A DNA stretch of 64,000 nucleotides from a virus. The notes beneath the pieces are model-generated. The model saw only the letters and a list, made by a program, of their open reading frames with translations. It made no database searches and was not told the DNA's origin. This document shows, one piece after another, positions 1-9,512 of the stretch. Location of the stretch: the IMG/VR virus record IMGVR_UViG_3300047586_000081, positions 3,014 to 67,013 of that record; one strand, 5' to 3'. The translations under genes were made by a program, and so were the position numbers. Position 1 is the first letter of the stretch, and every line of letters starts with the position of its first letter.

Positions 1-110
1 AGCTCTACGGATGCCATCGAGCACGCAGAAGAGATGTGCGCGCAGGAGTATGCACGCACCGGGATCGAGCCCCATCGAGCCCGAAAGACTCGACGATTGA
101 GGTGGCCCAC

Positions 111-926
111 ATGGACCTAAGACCTATGACATTCGCAGAGGCAGACGCCGGACTTGGCAAGCGCACGTCACGGAAACTCTGCAACAACACCTACGCCGAG
201 CGTATCGGCCCAGACATGATCGGCATCCGACTCCATTGGACCACCGTCGCGACCATTCGCCGCGACGGGTGGGTCATTATCAGCCCCGGCGGGTGGGACA
301 CGGTTACGACCTGGGCGCGGATCAACGCCGTGCTGCCGCCGCGCTTCGGTTGCCATTCCCGCCGCGGAAATCGCACGCTCTGGCATGATGGGCATCCGAT
401 CCTGCCGTTCGTAGATCTGATGGCTGTCAATGAGCGCGGCGAGATTGGCATCCTCCTGCCACATGGCGGTACTGCCGAGCTTCTCCTGTCTGTCGAGCAG
501 GTCGCTGAAATCGAAGCCGAGGACGACGCTCGCCAGATGGCTCTGGCCGAGAAGCGAACCGCCCGACTGCTGCGCGAGCACCCGGTCGCGTTCGGGCCAC
601 GCAATCACAACCACAACGCATACGAAGGTCGGATCTGGTACTGCCAACGCTGCGAGGTCGAGAGAGCCAAGGAACGCGCTGACCTCCTAGCCAAGCTCAA
701 GGCAGAGCATATGGCCCTGAACGCCACGCTCGCCCGCAACCCAACCGACGCAGACCCCTGGACCGAAGCCGAATACGAGGCTGCCGGTAGCCACGTGTAT
801 CGCACGCACCACTTCGAGTGGCCAAAGAGGCTGGACGGCACATCCGACTACAAGGTCGAGCCCAAACGCATCCCCTACATGGACATCATGTGCCCGTGGG
901 ACTGCCCGGGAAGGAGTGCACGGTGA
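111..926 (+). CDS. hypothetical early protein
   Basis: ATG at 111 after GAGGTGG; GTGA overlap with the next gene. Confidence 0.75.
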   Translation: MDLRPMTFAEADAGLGKRTSRKLCNNTYAERIGPDMIGIRLHWTTVATIRRDGWVIISPGGWDTVTTWARINAVLPPRFGCHSRRGNRTLWHDGHPILPFVDLMAVNERGEIGILLPHGGTAELLLSVEQVAEIEAEDDARQMALAEKRTARLLREHPVAFGPRNHNHNAYEGRIWYCQRCEVERAKERADLLAKLKAEHMALNATLARNPTDADPWTEAEYEAAGSHVYRTHHFEWPKRLDGTSDYKVEPKRIPYMDIMCPWDCPGRSAR

Positions 927-1558
927 GCATACAGATCAATGGCGTGTTCGTCGGAACCGTAGACCATCCCCGCACCGTCCCCAAGGAAGGACGACCAGCA
1001 CTCTACAAGATCGTCGGTCTCGAAGGGGAGCCCAGGAACGGCGGGCGCGGCAACTGGCCGCTGCCTCACGGCCAGCAGCCTGGGGAATGGCGCGAAGTCG
1101 AAGGAACGCTTCAGCCCTGCGCCAACGGGCTGCACCTAACCGACGCCGACCACATCACCGCGTGGGTAATGGATGGACCCATATGCGTCGTCTACCGCGC
1201 AGAGGTCGATGGCGAGCTATTGGACGCGGGCGACAAGTATGTCGCTCGCCGGGTACGGCTGCTGCCGAGGTCTAAGCCGGTAGCCAGCCTCCAGAAGTTC
1301 ATGCGACAAGAGGAACGAGCCGCAAGCAAGCAGGCGCGGCGCGTACGTGCCTCACTCAAGCGAGTCCTCAAGGGACTGGGGCCGGGCTGGTCCTACTATC
1401 TGACGGTCGCCGCCCCGTCCACCGTCAAGACGCTTCCCAAAGCCATCGGCGAGATTTGGCGAGTTCATCTGGACGAAGTCAAGGCTGCGACCACGGAGCT
1501 GACCAAGGTGCAGGCCCAAACCGCAGCGGCACGCCAGCAGGCTCTGCTCCCAGACTAG
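923..1558 (+). CDS. hypothetical protein with phage C-x-x-G-L-H...D-K motif
   Basis: GTG overlaps previous stop; PCANGLHL...GDKYVARRVRLL. Confidence 0.7.
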   Translation: MSIQINGVFVGTVDHPRTVPKEGRPALYKIVGLEGEPRNGGRGNWPLPHGQQPGEWREVEGTLQPCANGLHLTDADHITAWVMDGPICVVYRAEVDGELLDAGDKYVARRVRLLPRSKPVASLQKFMRQEERAASKQARRVRASLKRVLKGLGPGWSYYLTVAAPSTVKTLPKAIGEIWRVHLDEVKAATTELTKVQAQTAAARQQALLPD

Positions 1559-1566
1559 GAGACGAA

Positions 1567-1776
1567 GTGGCAAAGCGAACGATCACCGGGTTCACCGAAG
1601 AGGAAGCCAACGCATTCGCGGACGGCATCGAGTACGTCAATGACAGCGCAATCGAACACGTCAGACTGCGCCAATCCCCCGAGAACAAGCAGGAATGGGA
1701 CGTGCTCTTCGACGACGAGGACGCCGAAGAAGATGAAGAGTTCACCATCCACGAAGTGAGGTACGGATACAAGTGA
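1567..1776 (+). CDS. small acidic hypothetical protein
   Basis: AGGAG then GTG; D/E-rich. Confidence 0.7.
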   Translation: MAKRTITGFTEEEANAFADGIEYVNDSAIEHVRLRQSPENKQEWDVLFDDEDAEEDEEFTIHEVRYGYK

Positions 1777-2159
1777 GCAAGATCAACCTGGACGAACTGT
1801 TCGACAGGGCTGTCACGGTCGCGTCCGAGTACGGCACTGTCGATGGCCAGCGGGCAGGCTACTGGTTCGAGATCCCGGACAAAGACGATGCAATGCGCCT
1901 GCTCGCAGCCATCAACAGCGGTGACAAGGCCGTCCTGTGTGAGCTGCCAATGGCCGACCTGTCTGGCCAGTTCGTTGACACCATCGAGGGGCCAGGGCTC
2001 TTCGCGCTGGCTTGCTCCAAGGTAGGGCTCGACTCGAACAACGAGGACAACTGGGACGCTCTATTCAGCGATGTATGCGACGCGTACGAGGAAGCGTACG
2101 ACATCGCTGCCCTGAATGAAATCCTAGCCCGCGCGAGCGACACTGTGGAGGCCAAGTGA
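1773..2159 (+). CDS. acidic hypothetical protein
   Basis: Coupled GTGA overlaps at both ends. Confidence 0.75.
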   Translation: MSKINLDELFDRAVTVASEYGTVDGQRAGYWFEIPDKDDAMRLLAAINSGDKAVLCELPMADLSGQFVDTIEGPGLFALACSKVGLDSNNEDNWDALFSDVCDAYEEAYDIAALNEILARASDTVEAK

Positions 2160-2524
2160 ACGACTACACCATGCTGCCCGAGCACATGCGCGAGGGAGCC
2201 CGTCTCTACGTCGAGGAAGGTCTCGATCCGGGGGGCTTCCTGCGGGCGGTGCTGGAGAACAACCTGACGGAGTCCTTCGCCAGGGCCGACGGGATCGACC
2301 TCGCACACATCGCCGACTGGGTCGAATGGCTCTACTGGCAGATCCCCGCACCGGCGTGGAGATGCAGCGACAACATCTCGGCTCGTGGCAATGTCGAGAA
2401 GTGGATGAAGCATCAAGGCATGAAAGGCTGGAAGGTAACTTTTCAGGATATCGAGCGCGCACTAGGCCATGACGCGAGCGTCAAGGCCCTAGACGAAATG
2501 CATGACTCGTTGGTCAAGCCATGA
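2156..2524 (+). CDS. conserved phage hypothetical protein
   Basis: GLDPGGFLRAVLENNL...RAD motif; coupled start and stop. Confidence 0.75.
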   Translation: MNDYTMLPEHMREGARLYVEEGLDPGGFLRAVLENNLTESFARADGIDLAHIADWVEWLYWQIPAPAWRCSDNISARGNVEKWMKHQGMKGWKVTFQDIERALGHDASVKALDEMHDSLVKP

Positions 2525-3255
2525 GCCTGGCCAACGAGATCGAGTCCTTCACGGTCGAGGGACTCAAGGTCACCATCGTCTACGACGATAGGGCCGACGG
2601 CCCCCGCACAGAGGGCGACATGCTCTCGGTCATGGTGTGCGATCACCGGCGATACAGCCTGGGCGACCGCCATCCCAATGAGCGCGAGGAGAACATCCTC
2701 TCGAAGTGGGGGTGGCACGGGCTCAAGCGGTACCTGCATCTGACCGGGGCCATCGCCACCACCAAGCTCGGGCTGTACGACCACAGCGGCATCACGATGT
2801 ACGCGGTGGGCGACGACAGCAATGGCCACGGGATCGGGGATGAAGCGGGCTGGGACAGCGGGATTGTGGGCTTCGCCTATGTCACCCGCGAGCGATGGAA
2901 CGAACTATGCGGAGAGCAGTTCGATCCGCTGGAGTTGGTGGACGACGAGGAGCAGATCGGCTTCGGCAAGTTCCCGGTGAAGCGCACCCGTGTCGAGAAG
3001 CAGATGCTGGGCGAGATCGAGGAGTACGACTCCTTCCTTCGAGGTGAGGTGTACGGCTACATCATCGAGCGCGACCATCCCTGCGACCGCGGGCTCGAGC
3101 ACCTGGACCTGGAGGAGTCCTGCTTCGGGTTCATCGGCGACATCGAGTACGTCAAGGCCGAGGCCACCGATGTGGCGAAGTCCATCGCAGCCGAGGCCAA
3201 AGCGGTACCAGTTGGTACCATAGCGGACCAGATTGGGGGCACAACGGTACAGTGA
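2521..3255 (+). CDS. conserved phage hypothetical protein
   Basis: LYDHSGI, WDSGIVGF, GEVYGY and SCFGF motifs. Confidence 0.8.
   Translation: MSLANEIESFTVEGLKVTIVYDDRADGPRTEGDMLSVMVCDHRRYSLGDRHPNEREENILSKWGWHGLKRYLHLTGAIATTKLGLYDHSGITMYAVGDDSNGHGIGDEAGWDSGIVGFAYVTRERWNELCGEQFDPLELVDDEEQIGFGKFPVKRTRVEKQMLGEIEEYDSFLRGEVYGYIIERDHPCDRGLEHLDLEESCFGFIGDIEYVKAEATDVAKSIAAEAKAVPVGTIADQIGGTTVQ
3204..3221 (+). promoter_or_regulatory. GGTACC-N3-TGGTACCAT motif (extended -10 plus putative operator)
   Basis: Same motif at 15768-15785. Confidence 0.45.
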
Positions 3256-3557
3256 ACAGAACAGGTTGCAACAAGCGCTGGGCACCTCTCACCCGTGAGG
3301 CGGTGACCATCTACAAGGTCAGCTACCGCAGCGCCGTCAACGGCAGGGCCGCGGCCTTCGTGACCAAGGTGCCGTACGGCGAGGTCTATCACCTGTCCGA
3401 GTTGCTCACTCGGCTGGTGGCCAAGGGCCAGGTCGTGTGGTTCCGCATGCAGGCGGCGACCGCACAGGACATCGCGCTGCATCGGGCTGAGCTGGCACGC
3501 TGGCCTGATGGAATGCGCGCGACCCTGCCCGTCACCCAAGTCAACCAGGAGGTCTGA
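3252..3557 (+). CDS. hypothetical protein
   Basis: ORF in operon; start uncertain. Confidence 0.6.
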   Translation: MNRTGCNKRWAPLTREAVTIYKVSYRSAVNGRAAAFVTKVPYGEVYHLSELLTRLVAKGQVVWFRMQAATAQDIALHRAELARWPDGMRATLPVTQVNQEV

Positions 3558-3558
3558 C

Positions 3559-3918
3559 ATGAGCTACGAGACCCACGGGATGGTGCGCTTCGACGTGAGC
3601 GAGTTTATCGACTGGCAGGACCGCAAGAATACGCCCGCCTCGCTGGCGTTCATCTGGGCGGTCAACCGCGCCACCAGGCGCGAAGACGACGAGAACGCGG
3701 TGGTGTTCGGTGAGCCCACCGAGATCGCCGTCACGGACAATGGGGACTTCTGCGTAGAGCACTACCCGCGAGCCCGCGTGATCTGGCCCACGGAGCGCAT
3801 GAGGCGCACCGACCCCACCTGCCGCATCGTCACGGACGATCCCGACCTGATCCCGCTTTGGGACCAGCTCGCAAACGAGTTCTACGGCCACACCCACCCC
3901 GACCAACTGGAGATCTGA
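3559..3918 (+). CDS. hypothetical protein
   Basis: AGGAGG before ATG 3559. Confidence 0.75.
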   Translation: MSYETHGMVRFDVSEFIDWQDRKNTPASLAFIWAVNRATRREDDENAVVFGEPTEIAVTDNGDFCVEHYPRARVIWPTERMRRTDPTCRIVTDDPDLIPLWDQLANEFYGHTHPDQLEI

Positions 3919-3920
3919 CG

Positions 3921-4622
3921 ATGCAGATCAAGCGCAAGCTAGTGCAGGGCCTCTTCGATGACCTGCTAGAGCTGATGATGGGCGAGTCCTGCGATCACGA
4001 TGTCGGCATCTGCTACTGCTCCATCCTGGAGCACATCGATGCCGCACAGCGCGCTCTCGCGGACGAGCCCGAACCCCTACGACGAGGCCAACCCGCCCCC
4101 AGACGATCCGATGCTGATGCCGTGATGGATCCCCTGATCGAGCAGCTCGCACGAGAAACTCGGCCACTCCCGCGGGGCGTGACCTTTGTCGCGGGCCGCA
4201 CTCTCCAGGCTTGCGAGATCTGCGATAACCCGGTGGACTCTGCTGGCTGGCCCTTCACGGCCACGCGCTGCGGAGACCACCTGACAACCCCGTATCCAAT
4301 GCACCTAGACCTGCACGACTACCTCGATCAGAGGTGGGCCGCGGCGGTGACGTACCAGTGGTACCACAATCACATGAGGTTCTGGATCATGGACGTAGGC
4401 GACGAACTCTACGACGACGGCGTGACCAGCGGACTGCTGGAGGACGACATCGTTGGCTACTTCAGCGAAACTGGCACTCCGTGCGGGTGCCCCATCGACT
4501 ACCACCTGGCCGATTGTCCACTCCGCACTGGAGAGGGCGCGTCCGACTACGAGCGAGATCCCTACGGAGACGACCGGCCCCTTCGGACTGACGACTACGA
4601 CGACGACGAGACCGTATGGTAA
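3921..4622 (+). CDS. hypothetical Cys/His-rich protein
   Basis: GGAG before ATG; CDH..CYC, CEIC and CGC..HLADC motifs. Confidence 0.7.
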   Translation: MQIKRKLVQGLFDDLLELMMGESCDHDVGICYCSILEHIDAAQRALADEPEPLRRGQPAPRRSDADAVMDPLIEQLARETRPLPRGVTFVAGRTLQACEICDNPVDSAGWPFTATRCGDHLTTPYPMHLDLHDYLDQRWAAAVTYQWYHNHMRFWIMDVGDELYDDGVTSGLLEDDIVGYFSETGTPCGCPIDYHLADCPLRTGEGASDYERDPYGDDRPLRTDDYDDDETVW

Positions 4623-5131
4623 AGATCAGACAGTCACCCATCCCGGGCTGGGCCTGGGACCTGATAGAGCAGGTTGAGCGCGGCGAGCGCCAGACCGGGC
4701 TGGTGCGGGAGATCCGCTGGCGGACGAAGCGCGGTGGTATCTACGACCGGATGATCGCCGACGCCAAGGCAGGACACATACGCGCCACGCCCGAGCATCT
4801 CGACAAAGCCGTCCAGGGCTGGATCGAGCGACGGGATGAACGCGGCCGTTGGTCACACGGTTGGGCCAGGGGAGGCGTCGGAGCCTTCTGGCGGATCGGG
4901 ACAATCTCCATCACGTGCGGTACCGACCCGGAGGACGCTCGTATGGTGGTGCTACACGAGATGGCCCATCTCCTGACTCCTCTGTGGTCGCACCACAACA
5001 AAGAATGGCAGCGCAACGCCGCCCGACTCTACCGCAAGTACGGCGGACCCCTCATCGTAGCGCACGCCATCGAGAACGAGCGGTACGCGCTCCTACAACG
5101 ACGCTTAGCAAAGGAGTACCCCAGTGAATGA
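4616..5131 (+). CDS. zincin-like (SprT-like) metallopeptidase
   Basis: VVLHEMAHL (HExxH) followed by HHNKEW. Confidence 0.7.
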   Translation: MVKIRQSPIPGWAWDLIEQVERGERQTGLVREIRWRTKRGGIYDRMIADAKAGHIRATPEHLDKAVQGWIERRDERGRWSHGWARGGVGAFWRIGTISITCGTDPEDARMVVLHEMAHLLTPLWSHHNKEWQRNAARLYRKYGGPLIVAHAIENERYALLQRRLAKEYPSE

Positions 5132-5369
5132 TCTCGACAACCTATCCATCGACGAGCTGAAGGCCATGCTGCCTTTCGACAAGTTGCTGCGCTGGATCGT
5201 GGAGACCGACGAGCCAGACGATCAGTGGCTGGCCCGCATCTCTCTGCTGAGCAAGGCAGACATCCCCGTCAACGCGAAGAACCTGAGCCGTATCGGCGGC
5301 TGCTCCATAGACCTCGCCCTCGGAGCGATGGGCGGGCTGGTAGCCAAGGGCTATCTGGAGGAAGCGTGA
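5124..5369 (+). CDS. small protein, possible winged HTH
   Basis: LSRIGGCS...LVAKGYLE. Confidence 0.55.
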   Translation: MNDLDNLSIDELKAMLPFDKLLRWIVETDEPDDQWLARISLLSKADIPVNAKNLSRIGGCSIDLALGAMGGLVAKGYLEEA

Positions 5370-5414
5370 CATCTATGCTACACTCTGTAGCACCAAGTGG
5401 AGAGGCTTTATCGT

Positions 5415-5675
5415 ATGAACAGTAGCGCAGTCGTGTTGGTCACCGTGACCGGCGGCGTCGTGGACGTGGCAGAGCCCGTCTACGGAGATGGTGCACGAGT
5501 CATCCTGATCGACTGGGACGACCTAGGCGAAGGCGGGTGGACGGGCCTCACTCGTACAGAGTGGATCAAGGGCAACATCCGCGATCTCGTGAGCATCCCC
5601 GGTCCCCTACACCCCGCAGTGCATGAGGCGCTGCGATCCCTCCAGCGCGAGCTAGAGAAAGACGAGGACAAGTAG
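5415..5675 (+). CDS. hypothetical protein
   Basis: VTVTGGVV...LIDWD motif; extended -10 TGCTACACT upstream at 5376. Confidence 0.65.
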   Translation: MNSSAVVLVTVTGGVVDVAEPVYGDGARVILIDWDDLGEGGWTGLTRTEWIKGNIRDLVSIPGPLHPAVHEALRSLQRELEKDEDK

Positions 5676-6089
5676 ATGTACCAGACCTATCTCGCAATCG
5701 GAAACCTCGGGGCTGACCCCGAGATGCGCTACACCGCCGACGGCAAGGCGGTGACCAACTTCCGCATGGCTATCAACGAGGGCTACGGGGATCGCCAATC
5801 CACCTTCTGGGTGAACGTCGTGGCCTGGGAGAAGACCGCAGAGGCGGTCGCCGAGTACGTCAGGAAAGGCGGGCTCGTCATGATCCAGGGTCGCTGGCAA
5901 ATGCGCACCTGGACCGACAAGGAAGGCAACGAGCGCCAGACCTATGAGGTCGTGGCCCACACGGTCAAGTTCCTCAGCAGACCCAAGCAGGCCGACGGCG
6001 ACGAGGAAGAGCCTGCGCCGCGGACGCGACAGGAAGCCCCCGCGCGAGAGCGCGAGGAACGCGACGAACTCCAGAAGCTGCCGTTCTGA
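5676..6089 (+). CDS. ssb: single-stranded DNA-binding protein
   Basis: GNLGADPEMRY, VVAWEKTAE, KGGLVMIQGR; acidic tail ending LPF. Confidence 0.97.
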   Translation: MYQTYLAIGNLGADPEMRYTADGKAVTNFRMAINEGYGDRQSTFWVNVVAWEKTAEAVAEYVRKGGLVMIQGRWQMRTWTDKEGNERQTYEVVAHTVKFLSRPKQADGDEEEPAPRTRQEAPAREREERDELQKLPF

Positions 6090-6460
6090 TGAGACTCTCA
6101 GCCGACGACATCTTCGGTGAGGACCAATTCGACAGCCGAGACGTAGATGCGGTCATTAAGGACCTAGAGTCCTACAACGACGAAGACCTGGACGAAGAGG
6201 ACAAAGCCAATCTCACAGACCTGCTGGCCTTCCGAGAAGAGGCCCGCATCTGGAGCACCGAGTGGGAGTACGGAATGTCCTTCATCAAGGACTCCTGCTT
6301 CGAGGACTACGCACAGGAGCTGGCCGAGGAACTTGGCGCCGTCGGACGGGACAACCAGTGGCCACTGGTCTACATCGATTGGGAGGCCGCCGCGCACGCC
6401 CTCCAGGAGGACTACAGTATGTTCGAGCTGCGCGGAGAGACGTACTGGGCGCGGTCGTGA
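6089..6460 (+). CDS. ArdA-like acidic antirestriction (DNA mimic) protein
   Basis: Very acidic; FEDYAQELAEE...YIDWEAAA..L..DY resembles the ArdA C-terminus. Confidence 0.65.
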   Translation: MRLSADDIFGEDQFDSRDVDAVIKDLESYNDEDLDEEDKANLTDLLAFREEARIWSTEWEYGMSFIKDSCFEDYAQELAEELGAVGRDNQWPLVYIDWEAAAHALQEDYSMFELRGETYWARS

Positions 6461-6765
6461 TCCGCGTTGAGTTTCGCCTAACCATGCCAGTCACGAACTC
6501 GTGGAACGGCGGGTGGACAGGTGAGGACAAGAACCTCACCATCATCCGTAAACTGGACTATGACACCGTCATCGACATGCTCGGGACGGAACGTCGCCGC
6601 TCTTGGTTCCATGTTTGGGATGACGGGTGGCTGGCCTGCGTAGAGGCGCGCGTTCTCAAGTCAGGCGAGCGCGCCAAGAAGTCGGACGGCTTCTGTGGCT
6701 ATGACTGGATGGTGGACAACATCATCTCGTTCGGAGCCACCACCAAGCCAGGAGACACCGCGTGA
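6457..6765 (+). CDS. conserved phage hypothetical protein
   Basis: GTGA coupling; SWNGGWTG, WDDGW and GFCGYDWM. Confidence 0.7.
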   Translation: MIRVEFRLTMPVTNSWNGGWTGEDKNLTIIRKLDYDTVIDMLGTERRRSWFHVWDDGWLACVEARVLKSGERAKKSDGFCGYDWMVDNIISFGATTKPGDTA

Positions 6766-7238
6766 TTGAACGGTTCGTTGACATCCACCTGGATGTTCGC
6801 AGGGAAGTCATGCTTCCCGCGGGTCGCCCGATTGGCGACATGCTGACAGACTGGGGCCTGACCGATGCGTTGCAGGAACAGCTGTGGGTCGTGGCCTACG
6901 ATGGGCAGAAGCGCGTCATGACCGTGATGCAGACCGCGATGGGCGGGTACAACGAGATGATCGTCTCGGTCACGCCTACCATCGCCGCCGTCCTGATGGC
7001 GGGCGCACAGCGCTTCATCCTGGCTCACAACCACCCAAGCGGCAATGTCCAGCCCACAAACGAAGACCTCGACCTAACCGAGATCATGCGCAAAGCATCC
7101 AACACGGTCGGCGTCTATCTGGAGGACCACGTCATCGTAGGGCCACCAGATCGGTTCCTGTCCTTGCGGGCCGCCAGGCTCTACGCCCCGCCAATCATCC
7201 CTGAGTCCGCGGCGGTGCGGGCACGAGGTGGAAGATGA
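6762..7238 (+). CDS. radC: RadC-like JAB domain protein
   Basis: ILAHNHPSG..PT..D and DHVIVG. Confidence 0.92.
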   Translation: MIERFVDIHLDVRREVMLPAGRPIGDMLTDWGLTDALQEQLWVVAYDGQKRVMTVMQTAMGGYNEMIVSVTPTIAAVLMAGAQRFILAHNHPSGNVQPTNEDLDLTEIMRKASNTVGVYLEDHVIVGPPDRFLSLRAARLYAPPIIPESAAVRARGGR

Positions 7239-7402
7239 ACGAGACCATCCTGCATCCCATAGGCGGCGGCATGCCCCGCTCACCCAAGAAGCTCCACGGA
7301 CGCAAGTGGGTTCATGACCGCGACCGGCATGGGCTCACGTGGACACGCCGCAAAGCCACCAGTCGAACCTACTGTCCGGCTACCAAGCAAGGAACCCGGT
7401 AG
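7235..7402 (+). CDS. small basic hypothetical protein (55 aa, absent from ORF track)
   Basis: ATGA coupling to radC; GAGGTGG RBS. Confidence 0.5.
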   Translation: MNETILHPIGGGMPRSPKKLHGRKWVHDRDRHGLTWTRRKATSRTYCPATKQGTR

Positions 7403-7593
7403 GCGATGGCGGCGGGGCAGGGGCGCATCTCCAAAGGCCGACTCGCGCACCACAACCACCCGGCCGGGGCACACATCGAGACCCGGTTCAGCCCGCTGGA
7501 CGGGGGGGCTGTAGTCATGGGGTACAGAGCGCACAGAACGATAGGAGCGGGACATCGCCCCCGCTCCATCCCGCCCTCGCTGGCGGAGAAAGG

Positions 7594-8040
7594 ATGGCTG
7601 CCGTGCGGGAGCGCACCTATGCTGAAGTCGCCGACAAAGTAGGGGTCACCCTCTGCGAGAAGGCGTTCGGGTCCTGCGCGAAGCTCGATCATGAGGTCGG
7701 GACCGCGACGGCCACATCCGGCCCGGTCGTGCATTGGCGGCGCAAGCGCATGACACGCCCCGGCCTGAGGCACTTCCTCATGCTCGTCGCCGAAGCAAGG
7801 TTCTACCGGTGTCGATGGGGGCCGCGCTGGCTGCTCATCTACCATCGAAATGTAACCGCATGCATGCTGGCGAAGGCGCTCAGGACGCGACTCGACCAGC
7901 GTCACCTATCGATCACGGATCGGGCGAAGGTGCGCTTCATGCTCGACCACCTCGACCCGCGAGACTTCTCTTCAGAAGCCTATCGGGACATCCTGCCGCG
8001 AGTGCGGGGCTGGACCCAAAGGTTCCCCGCCCACCGGTAA
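7594..8040 (+). CDS. hypothetical protein
   Basis: GGAGAAAGG before ATG (MAAVRER). Confidence 0.65.
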   Translation: MAAVRERTYAEVADKVGVTLCEKAFGSCAKLDHEVGTATATSGPVVHWRRKRMTRPGLRHFLMLVAEARFYRCRWGPRWLLIYHRNVTACMLAKALRTRLDQRHLSITDRAKVRFMLDHLDPRDFSSEAYRDILPRVRGWTQRFPAHR

Positions 8041-8074
8041 AACCGCTTGCTATTACCGCTTGCGTGTGGAGATG

Positions 8075-8083
8075 TGGTACAAT
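8075..8083 (+). promoter_or_regulatory. extended -10 promoter TGGTACAAT
   Basis: Intergenic, about 30 nt upstream of ATG 8116. Confidence 0.6.
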
Positions 8084-8115
8084 CCACACGATAGAGATCC
8101 GCAGTTAGGTACCAC

Positions 8116-8682
8116 ATGATCCGAAAACGGTTCGCAGCTTTGGCGGCGGCCTTCGCGCTGCTCGCCTTCCTCATCCCGGCCGCAGCCGGACCAGTAGCAG
8201 CCTGCCCGACGCCAACACCTTCGCCGACGCCAGTCGTGACGCCTACGCCGACTCCCACGCCGACTCCCACGCCGACGCCTACGCCGACGGTAGAGCCGAC
8301 GCCAACGCCGACCCCGGAAGTAACGCCAACGCCGACCCCACCTGTGGAACCGACACCGACACCGACACCGGTAGAACCGACGCCGACGCCAATCGTGACG
8401 CCGACGCCCACGCCAGTCGTGACGCCCACGCCAGAACCGACGCGTGGTCTCCCTGTCGAGACGCCAACCCCGACGCCAGGCTTCGCCTGCCCGCCAGGGA
8501 CTGAACCAGGCAAGACCACAGCCGAGGGCTGTGTCTTCGTCACGATGCCGCCAACCTCGACCCTACCGTGGACCTCGACGGACAGCGGCAGCAACGGACT
8601 GCCCATTCCCCTTCTCCTGCTCGTCGTTGTGCTCGCAAGCGCGGCCTCTGCCGTCCTCCTGTTCAGCCGACGTAGGAGCTAA
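8116..8682 (+). CDS. secreted/membrane-anchored Pro-Thr repeat surface protein
   Basis: Signal peptide, long PT repeat, MPPTS motif, C-terminal TM helix and RRRS tail. Confidence 0.85.
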   Translation: MIRKRFAALAAAFALLAFLIPAAAGPVAACPTPTPSPTPVVTPTPTPTPTPTPTPTPTVEPTPTPTPEVTPTPTPPVEPTPTPTPVEPTPTPIVTPTPTPVVTPTPEPTRGLPVETPTPTPGFACPPGTEPGKTTAEGCVFVTMPPTSTLPWTSTDSGSNGLPIPLLLLVVVLASAASAVLLFSRRRS

Positions 8683-8684
8683 CA

Positions 8685-8933
8685 ATGTCCCGTCCTCCCC
8701 AGGACCAGCTCGGCCAGCGTCAGCTAGTCGTGGAGCTGCGCAACGCCATCGACGCCGCCCGCAAGGTGCGGCCGAAGGGCTGGTCCGGGGAGGATCTCGC
8801 GTGCATGGAGCGGGTTGAAATGCTCGTCATCGCCAACCCCCGCGCAGTCCGCAGCACGCACGTCAAGTACAATCTCGGACAGGAGCGCCTTGCGTGGCTC
8901 GCAGCGCTCATTACGCTGCGTCGCGCCGAATAG
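8685..8933 (+). CDS. hypothetical protein
   Basis: AGGAG RBS. Confidence 0.65.
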   Translation: MSRPPQDQLGQRQLVVELRNAIDAARKVRPKGWSGEDLACMERVEMLVIANPRAVRSTHVKYNLGQERLAWLAALITLRRAE

Positions 8934-8941
8934 GCAGCGAA

Positions 8942-9160
8942 CGCTATACCGCAGTGGTACAGCGAGTACAGTCGATGCCGGACCCGACGCCGGTTGGCGC
9001 CAGGAGCGCCAAAGGTTTACCCGGCGCCGGTCCCGGCACCAAACCTTCAATCAGCATCCGAGAATGAAGGGTTAGTCAGGTGAGCCTAAGCGGCACGTAC
9101 CGCTACGTTGGCTGGCTTCAAACGCAAGCACCGGTGAGAGCCCCGCGAACGGCCTGACCC
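8942..9160 (+). ncRNA. putative structured RNA of unknown family
   Basis: About 240-nt gap filled with nested stems (see findings). Confidence 0.45.
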
Positions 9161-9173
9161 AAGCAGGAGTCAC

Positions 9174-9419
9174 ATGGAAGAACTGATCTACCCCGACGAC
9201 ATCGCCGCTGACTGGCTCGACGCGAGCTGGTTCGAGGATCTGGTTGTGATCGCGTACCAGGTGAGCGGCACCCTCGGCGTTACCGCGGAGGGCCGCTTGG
9301 TCATTTGCGGCCCTGGCGTAGACGCCATCGGCGTCCTGGCTGAGCAACACACCACCGAGGATCTCTATCCCTACCATCTCGTCGGCCTCGGCGTACACGT
9401 GCTGGGGATCGAGTTCTGA
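9174..9419 (+). CDS. hypothetical acidic protein
   Basis: AGGAG RBS. Confidence 0.7.
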   Translation: MEELIYPDDIAADWLDASWFEDLVVIAYQVSGTLGVTAEGRLVICGPGVDAIGVLAEQHTTEDLYPYHLVGLGVHVLGIEF

Positions 9420-9508
9420 TGGTTGACAAGAACAAGAAACCGCCCGTCAAAGGCGCCAAGGGTGGCAAGCAGATCAAAGGCACCGCAACCCCAACGAAGC
9501 TAGGGTAG
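9419..9508 (+). CDS. 29-aa Lys-rich peptide
   Basis: TGATG coupling; MVDKNKKPPVKGAKGGKQIKGTATPTKLG. Confidence 0.45.
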   Translation: MVDKNKKPPVKGAKGGKQIKGTATPTKLG

Positions 9509-9512
9509 GAAC

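Noticed and set aside
8200-8480. Tandem ACGCCG repeats as a CRISPR array or VNTR
   Set aside because: Explained by Pro-Thr codons; no spacers
9075-9162. tRNA-like fold: GTCAGG/CCTGAC stem followed by CCA
   Set aside because: No T-loop (TTCRA) or D-loop consensus and no discriminator base
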